Positions 26,534 through 39,784 of a stretch of 64,000 bases of DNA are shown one piece after another. The translations under genes were made by a program, and so were the position numbers. The notes below the pieces were generated by a model. It was not told where the DNA came from. It saw only the letters and a program-made list of their open reading frames with translations, and did no database searches. Location: NCBI GenBank assembly GCA_951406725.2, contig OX597832.1:40052001-40116000 (forward strand), in the 5' to 3' direction. Numbering within the stretch: position 1 is the first letter of the stretch; every line of letters starts with the position of its first letter. This DNA is from Octopus vulgaris. Lineage: Eukaryota.

Positions 26534-27400
26534 TACAAAGTTTGGTCAAGAAGTATCCGGACTGTTGCCTTAGTGACAAAGCTAAAGCATGCACAGTTTA
26601 GCCACTTGGCCCAGATTGACCTTGAACACTGCTGTGCACACACACTAAGTTTTAACATTCTTGCTCATTTCTGCTGTTCACAACAGTGCTTGGAAGGAAG
26701 GTGTGTAGCGTGTGATCATTGCATTGACCATGACAGAGGAAGTTTGTCATGGCGATACCTGATCAGAGGCCTGTACAAAGTTGTAGAAAGTGTATGAGCC
26801 GCACATAAGTGTATGATTGGTTCAGATGTTTCCAAGATGGCCGAAAAATGTTCTGGGAGAGCCGCAACCAGCAGAACTAAGAAAAACATTGCAGATGTTC
26901 ATGGAACTGTGAGAGGAAATCATTGAATCACCATCTGTGATTTATCAGAAGATGTGCAGATTAGTTACGGTTCAGTTCAGTCCATTATCACTGAAGATTT
27001 GGGTATAAGACACTTGTCTGTCAAGTTTGTACCAAAATTGCTTTCAGCTGACCAAAAAGACACTGAGTTTCAGTTGCACAAGATCTTGATTGTGTCGAGA
27101 CTGATGAAAACTTTTTGAAAACTTCACGTAGGCCTCTGAGCAGGTATCGCCAAGCTTTTGGCAAAATTTGATTCAGATTTACTGCTCAGTTTTCTCTGTC
27201 ATGGTCAATGCGACAATCACACACTACACACCTTCCTTCCAAGCACTGCTGTAAACAGCAAAAGTGAGCTAGAACATTAAAACTTAATGTACATGCACAG
27301 CAGAGTTGAAGGTCAATATTTGCCCAGTGGCTTCACTCTGCGTGCTTTAGCTTCGTTACTATGGCAACAATCCTGTTACTTATTGATCAGACCACATATA
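26534..27400 (+). mobile_element. Mariner-derived fold-back element with ~250-bp inverted arms and an N-terminal transposase relic
   Basis: TA-flanked; arm 26536-~26782 is complementary to ~27120-27398. The centre encodes VYDWFRCFQDGRK..LSEDVQISYGSVQSIITEDLG..KFVPKLLSADQK. Confidence 0.9.
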
Positions 27401-28724
27401 CACACTCTCCACATCACTATACAGACTTGTAATTCTCATAAATTGACACGTTGTGGTTACCAGTAAGTTGCTGTGTGCTCAGGTCCAAAATAATTTTATT
27501 ACATAAATCCTAAAATGTCAGAATGGGCATGGTTGGAATGCCTCTCTTTATAGGTTTGCTTACCCGGGATTGGTCTGGGGGTTAAACAGCTGCTGTTTTA
27601 ATAGCTGTAAATTATTCCTTAGCACGGCTGTATGGTCAAGAAGCTTGCTCTGCTAAGCAAATGGTTTCAGGGTCATTCTCAAATCTCTTTCAACTATAGA
27701 CACAAGGCCTGAAATTAATAATAGATGTGCATGCAAGTTTGTGTGTGTGTGTTTTGTGTGTATACACACACAAACGCACATGCGTGCATGTACACATACA
27801 CACACACACAAGTTGGTCTCCTTGGATGTTTGTTACTGCTGCTATTACAGTTTGCCTTGTTCCATCTGCAGGACTTCAGGGGTCAGCAAAAAATAAAATT
27901 TTTTTTAGGAAACTTCTTTGCTCTCCCAACTTGCTAGAAATAGCAGCTAAACCTCTCTTATACCTCACCCTACACATTACCTGTAGAAGCGTACATTGGA
28001 TAGTGTTCTTTATACATTGCACATGGCTTAATAAAGAATAGATTGCATTCTCACTGTTAGGATGCCTTTGATTGGCTGTCTATTCAATAAGGCCTTAACG
28101 GGGAAGCTAAACAACAGAGATTTCAAGAACAGCCATTACTTCTCTTCCTCCTCCATCACTTCGGTTTCCTCTACCACCACCACCACCACCACCATCACCA
28201 CCACAGCTATCAACCAATTCACTGCCATTGCTGTCTGTCAAATCTTTTCTCACCTTCACACCAGTTGCATGACACATCTTCTTTCTCTCTCACCCTGTTA
28301 ATTCCCCCCACCCCACCCCACCCCGGATGTCTCTCTAAATAGTTTCCATGTCAACACCAGGTCTTTGAGACAAGCAGACTACTTCCAATTCAGGTTTCTC
28401 TTAGCCTACATCTTATTCCAGTCAGTAACCGAACCATTTGACATTTGTTCTTTGTTTTCTTAACCATCAATGTGTCATGTCCTCACCGCTGGCTGGTCCA
28501 GAACCTGCTTTGTCTGTCTTAGCTGACACCCGTTGTTATGCTACTTCTAAGACTATGAAGCCGAGGGCATCTCAGACAAATTGACAACATCACTGTATTC
28601 ATCATCATTGCCATCATTGTCATTTAACATTTTTTTTTTCCGTATTGGCATGGATTTTATAGGTTTGCAACAGATCTTTTTCCGTGACATGATTCTGATT
28701 CCGGTATTCCCCCTCCCCCCTCCC

Positions 28725-28852
28725 ATCAAGAGGGATACCGGAATGGACATAGCCAATCTGAAAGAAGCGGCCCAGGATAGAACTGACTGGAGGACACTGA
28801 TCTAATGAGTAACCGAGAGTCGACTTCGACTGAGCGGATAGATAGATAGATT
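28725..28852 (+). mobile_element. RTE (BovB-like) LINE extreme 3' end with a (GATA)n tail
   Basis: IKRDTGMDIANLKEAAQDRTDWRTLI, then ..VTESRLRLSG* and gatagataga. Confidence 0.8.
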
Positions 28853-29216
28853 CAGATTTGCTTCTGTGAAATGTAATATTTTGAATGTACCCCTCACACT
28901 TAAGAAGAAGACTTTGACCATTATATTTTGACCTCCCCGATCAAGCTGTCCTATTGCACTGAAACGATCAGTTGGTGTTGTTGAGACAGGAAATTGTTTT
29001 GGGTGAAGCAGTGAGGAGGAGTTCTTATAGGTGTATACAGTATCACCTCTCTTTCTCTCTCTCTGTCGACACACACACACACACGTGTTATCACCGGAGG
29101 AGAACATCTATACCAACGGATACACCCAAACCAAATGTTCAGCATCCTACCCGCAAGGGATCGATGCCAGAGGGGTTGAAATGGTTGTAGTAATCAATAA
29201 ACATTCTCAAATCTTT

Positions 29217-29420
29217 CATCATCATCGTTTAACGTTCACTTTCCATGCTGGCATGGGTTGGACGATTTGACTGAAGACTGGCAAACCAGATGGCTGCACC
29301 AGGCTCCAATCTGATCTGGCAGAGTTTCTACAGCTGGATGCCCTTCCTAACGCCAACCACTCCAAGAGTGTAATGGGTGCTTTTTACGTGTCACCAGCAC
29401 GAGTGCCAGTCAGGCAGTAT
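29217..29420 (-). mobile_element. SINE 3' part with a Nin/Deu-like module and (GAT)n tail
   Basis: The minus strand contains ggttggcgttaggaagggcatccagctgtagaaa. Relatives lie at about 7220, 20440, 32090, 42040, 45295, 46620 and 50000. Confidence 0.8.
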
Positions 29421-29695
29421 GACCATATATTCTGATTGTTGGGGTACGTACAGTGGTATTACTGAAATGGATGTGACCCCGAAATACACCCCTCTCTCAT
29501 TAATCAATTATCTGATGAACACTGAGAAAGTGAATGTTCTTTACTAGTAAATTACCAGGTGTATACCATACAATTTATTAACTAGTCAACCAATGCCCTC
29601 TTAAAAAATATGAATTGATATCTTTTGAAGCTCAATTGATATACAGTGGGAGTCAAACAGTATCTAAAAAGTCCATACATTTAAAAATATAAATG

Positions 29696-30015
29696 GGCAC
29701 AGGCTTGGCCGGGTGGTAAGAAGTTTGCTTCCCAACCACATGGTTCTGGGTTCAGTCACACTATGTGGCACCTTGGGAAACTGTTTTCTATTATAGTCTT
29801 GGTAAATGGAAACTGAAAGAAGCCCATTGTGTGTGTGTGTATATATATATATATAAGAATTTTTTGCGTAATGAGATAAAAAAACTAAGGCTGTGTAGAT
29901 ATTAGAACATCTATAGACAGAAGGTCTTACAGCTGTTTCCAGGATATTTATTAATTATATCCCTTCATTGGCCTGTCTATAGCACTTATTCAGCATTACC
30001 TGACACCTTTGGGTC

Positions 30016-30053
<38 letters not shown>

Positions 30054-30256
30054 TCTCCACCACCACGTGACAATTTAGTTTTGGTTTGTTAATGTCCCCG
30101 TAACTTAGCAGTTTGTCAAAAAGGGGATGATAGGATAAATGCCAGGCTTAAAAAGAAATAAGTACTGGGATCAATTCATTTGTCTAAAGATTCTTCGAGG
30201 CGGTGCCCCAGCATGGCCACAGTCTTACTTACTGAAACAAGTAAAAGATAAAAGAT
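29696..30256 (+). mobile_element. Old family-A SINE with a Penelope-like fragment (about 29856-30015) in its microsatellite
   Basis: The A head and tail flank a foreign segment containing tacagctgtttcc and a 10-bp inverted repeat. Confidence 0.75.
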
Positions 30257-30638
30257 TGGACATAAAACTCAATCCTTTCTGAATATATTTTTAAAATAGG
30301 ATTTTAGAAATTCCCATTTTCTCTCCATAAATTTAGGTTATAATCTTTTCTGATTTTATGTTTTTAGAAACCAATTTTGAACGTGTAAAAATCTATTATC
30401 ACCAGACCTCATCACCAGACCTCAAGCGTGCCATTCTTACAGTTTATGCATGGTTTTGGCATTTTCAAACTGATTTTGAACTTGCTGACCTTTTTTATTG
30501 ATTTACGTAAAACATTATTATTCATCCTTCCAATGTCTGGGGACGTAACACTATTTGTCATAAAAAATGTCAATAAAAGTCCTGACCTTATTCTAGACTT
30601 ATCCTTAATATTACACTCTCTCTCTTTCACACATATAT

Positions 30639-30694
<56 letters not shown>

Positions 30695-31291
30695 ACTCGC
30701 ACATATGATAATGATTTCATTGGCAATATGTCTACAGTTTGTATCCTATCTGCTTCTCGTTCAATAGTGTTGTTATAACTTCTTTCTTACAATAGTTGTC
30801 GAAATGGTAGAATGTCAGACAAATTGCTTTGCAGTATTTATTCCAGCTCTTTGCATTTCTCAGCCCTAATCCCTTTAAGGCCAACTTTTGGGGGTTCAAT
30901 AAAATAAAGTAGCAGTCTCAGGCAGTGGTTAGTGAAATTATAAGAGCATTGGACAAAATGCCTTTTTTTTTTTGTGTTTAGAGTTCAAATTCTACTAAGG
31001 TTAACTTTACTTTTCATTCTTGCAGAATCAATGGAATAAATACCAATCGAATGGATTGGCAGAATTGTTAAAGTGTTGGACAAAACACTTTTCAATATTT
31101 GTTTTGCCTTTTTACTTTCCTGGTATCCAAAGCTGGTGCAGTGAATTTCTCTGTGTTGTGAGTTATGTGGGTTGACTCAAAGACCTATTTCAGTACAGAA
31201 TAATGACCTTAATATGTATGTGGTATCCCACATGTGACAACCACAACCCACATGCGACATTGTTCTGAAAATTGTCTTTAGACATAGGTAG

Positions 31292-32188
31292 AGGCATAGC
31301 TGTGAGCTTAACCCTTTAGCATTTAAATCAGCCACATCTGGCCAAAATATTCATCGTTTTTATGTTCAAACTGGCCAGATCCAGCCACTCACACCTACCC
31401 TACAATGTTAGTCGAAAAAATTTACAGTCATGTATTTAAAATCTCAAGGCTACAAGATGATGCAGGATAAACTCAAAACAATATGAATAAAGAAGAGTTA
31501 CATTTGACGGAATAATCTGAATGCTACAGGGTTAAGAAGAATGCTTCTCAATCATGTAGTTTTGGGTTCAGTCCCACTGCAGGGTACCTTGAGGAAGTGT
31601 CATCTATTATAGCTCCAGGTCAACCAAAGTCTTATGAGTGGATTTGGTAGAAACTGTGTGGAAGGCGGTGAACTGGCAGAAACGTTAGCATGCCAGGTGA
31701 AATGCTTTGTGGTATTTTGTCTGCCACTGCGTTCTGAGTTCAAATTTCGCTGATGTTGACTTTGCCTCTTTCATCCTTTCGGGATCGATAAATTAAGTAC
31801 CAGTTACGCATTGGGGTCGATGTAATCGACTTAATCCGTTTGTCTGTCCTTGTTTGCCCCCTCTATGTTTAGTCCCTTGTGGGCAATAAAGAAATAAGAA
31901 ACTGTGGGAAGCCCTTTATGTGTGTGTGTTTGTATGTACCCTAGTCTAGACATCATTTACAACCATCATGTAATGCTTGTAAAAGAGCATCATCATCATC
32001 ATGCAAACAAGGTTGTTCACTTGCACCCTTCCATGGAAAACATGTTTAGCTTTGGGAAAATATTATCTTGCTTAGAAATAGGTGAGGGTTGGTGATAGGA
32101 AAAGCCTCTCGGCATAGAAAATCTGCCTCAATAAATTCTATCTGGCCCTTGCAAGCATGGAAATAGGCATGTTAGGTGATGATGATGG
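31292..32188 (+). mobile_element. Triple nest: CORE-headed SINE interrupted by MITE P1 (31308-31535) and a family-B SINE (about 31664-31897)
   Basis: TTAA flanks P1. agaaactgtg(t)ggaa is duplicated around the B copy. The host ends in a Nin-like module plus (GAT)n. Confidence 0.85.
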
Positions 32189-33129
32189 GAGCAGTCACTT
32201 GTGTTCCTAGTGTGTGCAGTTGAAGACAACACATCTTTACCACTTCAAAACAATTCTTGGTGTGGATTTCTTCTTAATCGTTATTGTGGCTAAGCAGATG
32301 TAAGACAGGGTCCACCCATCATCTATTCAAAAACAGTGTGTCTAGGATTGCTTTATCCAAAGTTTTTTCTCCTTTCTGTGAGAGAATAGAATGTAATTTG
32401 AGGGAGATTTATCTTCTATTTCTAGCAGATCAAGTGACCACATTCTGGCTTCTTCATCTCATTATGCTTTGCTGGTGTTGACCAACTGAAATCTTTTGGA
32501 TATCATTCAAGTTATATAATGAGGTTTTTGACAGATTTTAATTTTAATATAAACACTTTAATATGGTTAAGTCTCCGGTTTTACTTTGAGGCAAAATATT
32601 TCATTAATTTTGTTTTTGGTTTACCAAGCCAAAAAATTGGCACCAGTTCACCATTTGAAATTTATAGTTAATTTTATAAAAGAACATCCAACTATAAGCC
32701 ACTCATAGTCCTGAGTGAAGAGATATATTATAATTTTCAGTTTTGATATTACTCTGTCCTTTTTAGATAAAACACATTGCTTTGGTTTGTTCAGTGAAGC
32801 AGCCTCATTGGTTGGAGCCCCTGGATGTTAATCGGAAGGCATAGAAGTTTGTGTGTGATGCTGGTACAGAGTGCTTTGAAACCAAACTCAGGGGACTCCT
32901 TGAAGAGAGGAGGAGACATCATTATCAACCTCCTGTGGCTGTTGTTCAGGGTCACTTTCAGTGCCCTTGGTACCACAAGTTCTGCCTATCTAGTATCAGT
33001 TTTGTCAGCTGTGTATTGCTCCCATGAGAAACAATATGCTGGAGGGTGAGGAGGGTGAATGTCTTGGATTGATGCTGTCATAAGCAGCATTGAAGAGTGG
33101 TCAGCATCTATCCTATTCCACACTGGAAC

Positions 33130-33768
33130 GGTGACTTGCTTACCTTATGAGGCCATCCACCCTTGATGGATGGTCAGTATTCTTCCCACTTCATATTTGA
33201 GTGACCTCAAATGGATGGTCAATTTCTCTTCCACTTCACAGTTGAGTGGTGGCTATTTTGGTCCTTACGAAGTAGCACCTGTTTTAGTTACCTTTCATAG
33301 ATGGAAAATTCTCCCTCTCCCTTTGCACTTGATTAATGACCAGTATCCCTCCAACTTCACATTTGAGTGACATTTGATGGATGGTCAGTAACTCCTCCAC
33401 TTCACACTTGAGTGGTGGCTAAGTGGTCCTTACGAAGTAGCACCTGTTTTAGTTACCTGTCATAAATGGAAAATTCTCCCTCCCACTTTGTACTTGAGTG
33501 ATGACTAGTTGACATTATGAAGAGGCACTTGTTTTAGTCACTTTTGATGGATAGATGGTGATTCCTTCCACTTCATACTTGAGTAGTGGTTAACTGATCT
33601 TATGAAGAGGCACATATTTTAGTCACCCTTGATAGATGGACAGTGCTTGCTTTCCCTTTCACACTTTTGTGGTGTGTTATTTGACCTTATGGAGAGGCCC
33701 TTGTTCCAGTCATCCTTGATTGCTGGTCAACAAGCTACTGCACCTCAGTAGTGGCTAGTTGACCTTTC
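33130..33768. repeat. Diverged ~85-bp minisatellite with ~40-bp half units
   Basis: Recurring ccttatgaagaggcac..ttttagtcacc..gatggatggtcagt..ccacttcacacttgagtggtggcta. Confidence 0.85.
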
Positions 33769-34025
33769 GATACCTGTTATTCAAATAAATCCCACGATGA
33801 ACTTTTTCAGAAGCATACTTCATGTTAAATGCTTCACTGATTTAAAAAAATTTTTAACCTAACTTATTAAAGCTAACTTATTAAATTGCCAACACAAAGT
33901 TGGAGTTTTGAGATTTTGATGTGATTGTTTATTTTTAGAATTACATTGTATGGTAGGTGTGAAAGGCCAGATCTGGATGGTTTGATCATAAAACAGGAAG
34001 AATATTTGGGCTGGTTATGACCAGT

Positions 34026-34255
34026 TTAACCCTTTGGATACAGACCCAGCCAAAACTGCCTCTGGCTCTGAGTACAAATGTCTTGTTTTCAAAAGTTCTG
34101 AATTAAAATCTTCCACCAAACCTTAGTCACAATTTATGTTCCTAACACTAGCTGAATGATAAACTAAATTATTTTACTAATTCTTTTTTATATTTAAAAT
34201 TAATTGAAAGAAACACAGAGCATCTCAACAGAAATAGGGTAACAAAGGGTGTTAA
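34026..34255. mobile_element. Second piggyBac-type MITE (P2) abutting a P1 remnant (about 33895-34029)
   Basis: ttaa-ccctttggatac...gtaacaaagggtg-ttaa; a diverged reverse copy is at about 40465-40636. Confidence 0.7.
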
Positions 34256-34812
34256 AGAATTACCAATATGTTAAGATTCCATTTAAAGATAATTTTGATG
34301 TCATTGGTTTGTAGGCCCATAATGGTGGTAGCGATGGTGGTGTTTTTAGCCCCAATTCAATACTAATCAAGTGGACATGAGTGTGATTTGAGGGCCATTT
34401 GGTTACTAATTCTAGCAGGTTTAACAACTACGTACAGGCTCCATCATTTGTTTGGTATATTTCTAATTACCAAAAGCGATGATTTATGATGGTGACTGTA
34501 GATAACCTATGCTAATTAGACATCAAATATTTAACGATGTAAATATGTCGTCATGTAACAAAGAAGATTAGACTTGGTTTGGACATGCTTTTTCTTGTTG
34601 TTGTTTTTGTAATACTGAATGGTATGCTTTAATTGTTATTGTTGTTTAGCCCCGGGCCAGCCTTGAACAAACAGACTTATGATCAGAAAGCATTCCCATC
34701 TTTATTTAGTCATAGTGCATCTTAGAATACATTGTCCAATGTTTTCGTTCTTTGTTTTTGTCCTTTAAGACAGTAGAAAATCATTTGAGGGATATTTGAC
34801 TGCTATTTCTAA

Positions 34813-35227
34813 GGCGGCGAGCTGGCAGAAATGTTAGCACATCGGGCGAAATGCTTAGCGGTATTTTGTCTGCCGCTACGTTGTGAGTTCAAATTCTGCC
34901 GAGGTTGACTTTGTCTTTCATCCTTTCGGGGTCGATAAATTAAGTACCAGTTATGCACTGGGGTTGATATAATCGACTTAATCCGTTTGTCTGTCCTTGT
35001 TTGTCCCCTCTGTGTTTAGCCCCTTGTGGGTAGTAAAGAAATAGGTATTTCGTCTGCCATTACGTTCTGAGTTCAAATTCCGCCGAGGTCGACTTTGCCT
35101 TTCATCCTTTCGGGGTCGATAAATTAAGTACCAGTAACGCACTGAGGTCGATGTAATCGATTTAATCCCTTTGTCTGTCCTTGATTGTCCCCTCTATGTT
35201 TAGCCCCTTGTGGGTAATAAAGAAATA
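34813..35227 (+). mobile_element. Young family-B SINE, one head plus two body units
   Basis: TSD tatttctaa at 34804-34812 and 35228-35236; Meta-like gcctttcatcctttcggggtcgataaattaagtaccag. Confidence 0.92.
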
Positions 35228-35798
35228 TATTTCTAAGTCACCCTCTGAAAGCAGCCCGTGTCAGCCATCTTGTAACATCCGCAACAATACTTGAAACCAT
35301 AAACTTTGTGATCTGTATTTCGGGACCACCTTAATCTCACAGCCACCTATTCTCCCCCAAAAGTTTTATTTTCCAGTTCTGAGTCTCCCGCTCTGTTTTA
35401 ATTTATTTATTCCCAGTTAAAATATTTATCTTAAGCACACAAAGCCATTGTTGCTGTTGGTGCCAGAGGCTTAAATAAATGCCGGGGGGGGGGGGGTCGT
35501 GGTGGTGGTGGCAGAGGCAGTGTTTGAAGCCAGAAAGAAAGGCTGCGATGATGAGTCAGCTTGGAGACCACAGCTGGCTCTGCACAGTTGACATAGTAAA
35601 AGTTACTTGAAAATTGTTTGTTCACCTGAGATTTATATTAACTGACATCTCTCTCTCTCTCTCTCTCTCTTTCCACAAGGACAGACAATTTAGTACAGAT
35701 CGGGGTGGGGGGTTGTTTTTTTTTTACTGAAAGTTTTTTGTCAATGTTCTTCTGGTTCATACACTACATGCATATTCATAAACACACAACTTTGATTT

Positions 35799-35838
<40 letters not shown>

Positions 35839-36094
35839 TAATTCTTGCAGATTTATACATTAGCATGCCAGTGCATATATATATATATATATGTATGTTA
35901 CTTGTATTTGTGTGTGTGTAATATAAATGTATATATACTCTACTTTTGAATTTTTACACCTTGAATACCTTGCATTGTTCATGTATACATAGATGTAAGT
36001 TTAAATACAAATATCAACATGATTGTATCAGACTAGACTGGCATGCATATACATGAATATGCTGACTAATACATATATATATGAACATTTTTAG

Positions 36095-36132
<38 letters not shown>

Positions 36133-36133
<1 letters not shown>

Positions 36134-36500
36134 GGATCCTCTGGTTTCCGTGCACTTGTTGAAGGCTCTGTGAATGTCCTCCAAAGTGAAGGTCCCCCAG
36201 GATCCATGTCACAACCTCTGTCATCTCCTTCAGCTTGGGAACAACCAAAAGTCGCAGTGACCAAGGTTTGGGCTGTAGGGACAGCGAAGGACAGTTCTGA
36301 TGTCCATCTCGGTCGAGTAGTTTGGTTACTAGGGTGGAATTTTGGACTGATGCATTGTCCTAATGTAGGTGGTCAGGCCTCCTTTTGCAATGAAATCTCT
36401 TTGAATTCACTCAAAGCCCCCACAAAGTATTCTTCATTGACTGTCTGGCCAGAGGGAACCCATTGGCTGTAGACGATGCCCTTGTTGTTTGAAAGAGGAG
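36133..36500 (-). mobile_element. Mariner (DD34D-type) transposase catalytic-domain fragment
   Basis: Minus strand reads NNKGIVYSQWVPSGQTVNEEYF..HLH*DNASVQNSTLVT..PKLKEMTEVVT; frameshifted. Confidence 0.82.
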
Positions 36501-37429
36501 ATCGCTTCCTGGTGGATCTGCTTAGTGTGGCCTCTTATGCCAGCAAAAAACAGGTGCTTGGCTTAAACAAGTTAATCCATTAGCAGTCTGAAGCATTTCA
36601 TAAGTTCAAGTCCCATTTTTGCCCAGTCTAACACAAAACTTTATGGTACAGTGAGCTCTCAAATTGACTTTCATGCCTGACTGCATCTTTCAAACTAGTC
36701 AACTGTGATAAGCAGTGTTTTGTAAGGAGTGTTCACAGTGCTGTTACAAGCCATCTCCTTCAGTCTGGAATATAAAAAAGGTGGCAGGTCAGCTTATTAG
36801 TTGCAGTGATATACAAAGATTACAATAATCTAGGCCCTTATAACTGCCTCTCCTAAAGAAAAAGTTTCATAACTTCTGGAATGCACTTTATATATGTACA
36901 CACACACACACACTTCATATTTGTTCTCTTTTCTTCCTTTCTCTCCTCTCTTTCTCACTTCCTCTCTCTCTCTCCTTACTCCTCTTTCTCCTTTCTTTCT
37001 TCCAACTTTTGAAGAAACTATTCAACAACTAAATACTGTTTCAAGTGTTAACCATTCGACCATGTAAGTGGCTCTAACAGACTCAAGTAAGAAATATTCC
37101 TTGTCCAAAAGTAATAATACCATTTCCATAGTTATATTGTAAGGTTAACCGAGTCACCAGTAATGTCCTTGTAACGGTCAGAAGCTTTATGTGGTTGCTT
37201 CACTGCTGGAAATAATAGCCAAATCCCCCTCAGGTTGTTCCATTCTCCCTTGTAAATTACAGGACAGTTTAAATAATAAGATTGTGGAGAAACTATTCCT
37301 GAAACAAGATAGAATGGACATGGATGGAATGTCTTAATAGGTCTGTTGGAGTTAAACAATACCATTATATAACATCTAGCATCAGTGTCTCTCAGGGAAC
37401 CAAGGCACTGTTAAGATGGGTGTATAGGC

Positions 37430-37577
37430 CCTGGATGAGGTATAAATTTTCCTTGGATAGGAAGGGTCCAGTCTTATATAAAGAAACATTTCAAAGATAT
37501 ATAGCTCCTGGATGAGGTATAAATTTTCCCTGGATAGGAAGGGTCCAGTCTTGTATAAAGAAACATTCCAAAGATAT
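37430..37577. repeat. Tandem duplication with a 77-bp period
   Basis: cctggatgaggtataaatttt...aaagatat starts at 37430 and again at 37507, with few mismatches. Confidence 0.92.
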
Positions 37578-38069
37578 CTGGGATCTATACCTAACAGTCT
37601 AGTTCAAAACATGAGTCAAATATCCAGAAATGTGTAGAATTACAGGCCCCGTCTGAATAAAAATAAAATGCATCAAGTGGGTTCAAACCTAAAGCTTGTA
37701 AGTTGTTAGTCTAAATGACAAAGTTGTTAAGCTAAATCCTTCAAAATTTTTTGTTATTTTCTAATATTGGTTGGAATAAATAAGCAGAAATATAGCCATG
37801 AAAGGGTTAAGGAATAATAATCTTTATAATTCTTACCATTCCAACTAATTAAATTCAATAATTGCTTAATTTAATAATGTTTTAATAGGTAACAGAAACG
37901 GCTTTGAATAACTAAAAACGTTTATTTGATTTCTGTTGTCTTCTTTATTTATAATTCCAAAACTCATTCAAAATTGATTTTAGCTGTCATCCATGAATTA
38001 CATCTGTAATCAATGAATTGAGGCACCTGTTACATGTTTCGGTTGATTTTGTATTCTAATTTTCCCCAT

Positions 38070-38233
38070 AGGCGCAGGAGTGGCTGTGTGGTAAGTAACT
38101 TGTTTACCAACCACATGGTTCTGGGTTATCTCACTGCATGGCACCTTGGGCAAGTGTCTTCTACTATAGCCTCGGGCCGAACAAAGCCTTGTGAGTGGAT
38201 TTGGTAGACGGAAACTGAAAGAAGCCCGTCGTA

Positions 38234-38272
<39 letters not shown>

Positions 38273-38480
38273 ATATGTTTGTGTGTCTGTGTTTGTCCCC
38301 CTAGCATTGCTTGACAACCGATGCTGGTGTGTTTATGTCCCCGTCACTTAGCGGTTCGGCAAAAGAGACCGATAGGATAAGTACTGGGCTTACAAAGAAT
38401 AAGTCCCGGGGTCGAGTTGCTCGACTAAAGGCAGTGCTCCAGCATGGCCGCAGTCAAATGACTGAAACAAGTAAAAGAGT
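38070..38480 (+). mobile_element. Young family-A SINE
   Basis: Full length, near consensus. Confidence 0.93.
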
Positions 38481-38483
38481 ATA

Positions 38484-39308
38484 AAGACACAGGTGAGGCT
38501 GTATGGTAAGAAGTTTGCTTCCCATCCACATGGTTCCAGGTTCAGTTCCACTGTGTGACACCTTGGGCGAGTGTCTTCTGCTATGGCCCCAGCCAACCAG
38601 TATGTGGATTTCGTAGACAGAAACTGAAAAAAAAAAAGCCTCTTGTGCACTATATGTGTGTGCGTATATATATATGTATGTGTGTTTGTATTTGTCTCCC
38701 CCTACCACTTGGCATCTGGTGCTGGTTTGTTTACATCTCCATAACTTAGCAGTTCAATAAAAGAGACTGATAGAATAACTACCAGGCTTTAAAAAAAAAT
38801 GAGCGAGCACTGGGGTCAATTTTTTTGATTAAGCCCTTCAAAGGTGATGAGCTGGCAGAATCGTTAGCACGCCGGGTGAAATGCTTTGCGGTATTTCGTC
38901 TGCCGTTACGTTCTGAGTTCAAATTCCACCGAGGTTGACTTTGCCTTTCATCCTTTCGGGGTCAATAAATTAAGTACCAGTTACGCACTGGGGTCGATGC
39001 AATCGGCTTAATCCCTTTGTCTGTCCTTGTTTGTCCACTCTATGTTTAGCCCCTTGTGGGTAGTAAAGAAATAGGTATTTTGTCTGCTGCTACATTCTGA
39101 GTTCAAATTCCGCCGAGGTCGACTTTGCCTTTCATCCTTTCGGGGTCGATAAGTTAAGTACCAGTTATGCACTGGGGTCGATGTAATCGACTTAATCCGT
39201 TTGTCTGTCCTTGTTTGTCCCCTCTGTGTTTAGCCCCTTGTGGGTAGTAAAGAAATAGGTAGTGTCCTAGCTTTGCTGCAGTCCAATGACTAACACAAGT
39301 AAAATAAA
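38484..39308 (+). mobile_element. Old family-A SINE interrupted by a double-body family-B SINE (about 38842-39257)
   Basis: The host tail (gtagtgtcctagc...gcagtccaatgact) resumes after the B copy. Confidence 0.87.
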
Positions 39309-39784
39309 AAAAAAACCAAGTTGGCCTTGTACCCCAGTCAAAACGATCTGTAGGACCAAAAATGAAAACCTAGTTAATAAAAAAATAAATGAATATTCAA
39401 ACTGCATTCAAGAAATAAAATCCTGAAATAGTGGTGAGTATTAAGTTTGCATTAATGAATAGATGTGGCCGTTGAGGGAAGTGTATCCTAGACAATGGTA
39501 TGAGCTGTCATCTGTCAACATAGAATGGTGGTATTTGATGTAACCTTGAGAGCAACAAGAGCAGTAAGGGGTAGGTGTTTTGAATAGGGGTGGAGACGAA
39601 AAGAGGTCACAGTAACCATTTGAAAGAATGTTCAATATTGCAACCAAAAGTAATGTTTGTAGAGAACATGAATTAAAATATGTGACAACTAGGTCATCTG
39701 CAGTTCAATCCCGGGTTTTGGTGAGGCTAAGGGTCTGACAGACAGTGAAATACCAAGTAGATTAAATGAAAAAAAAAACATGAA

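Noticed and set aside
33130-33768. Possible CRISPR-like repeat-spacer array
   Set aside because: The sequences between the conserved motifs are homologous to each other, the context is eukaryotic, and no cas genes are present.
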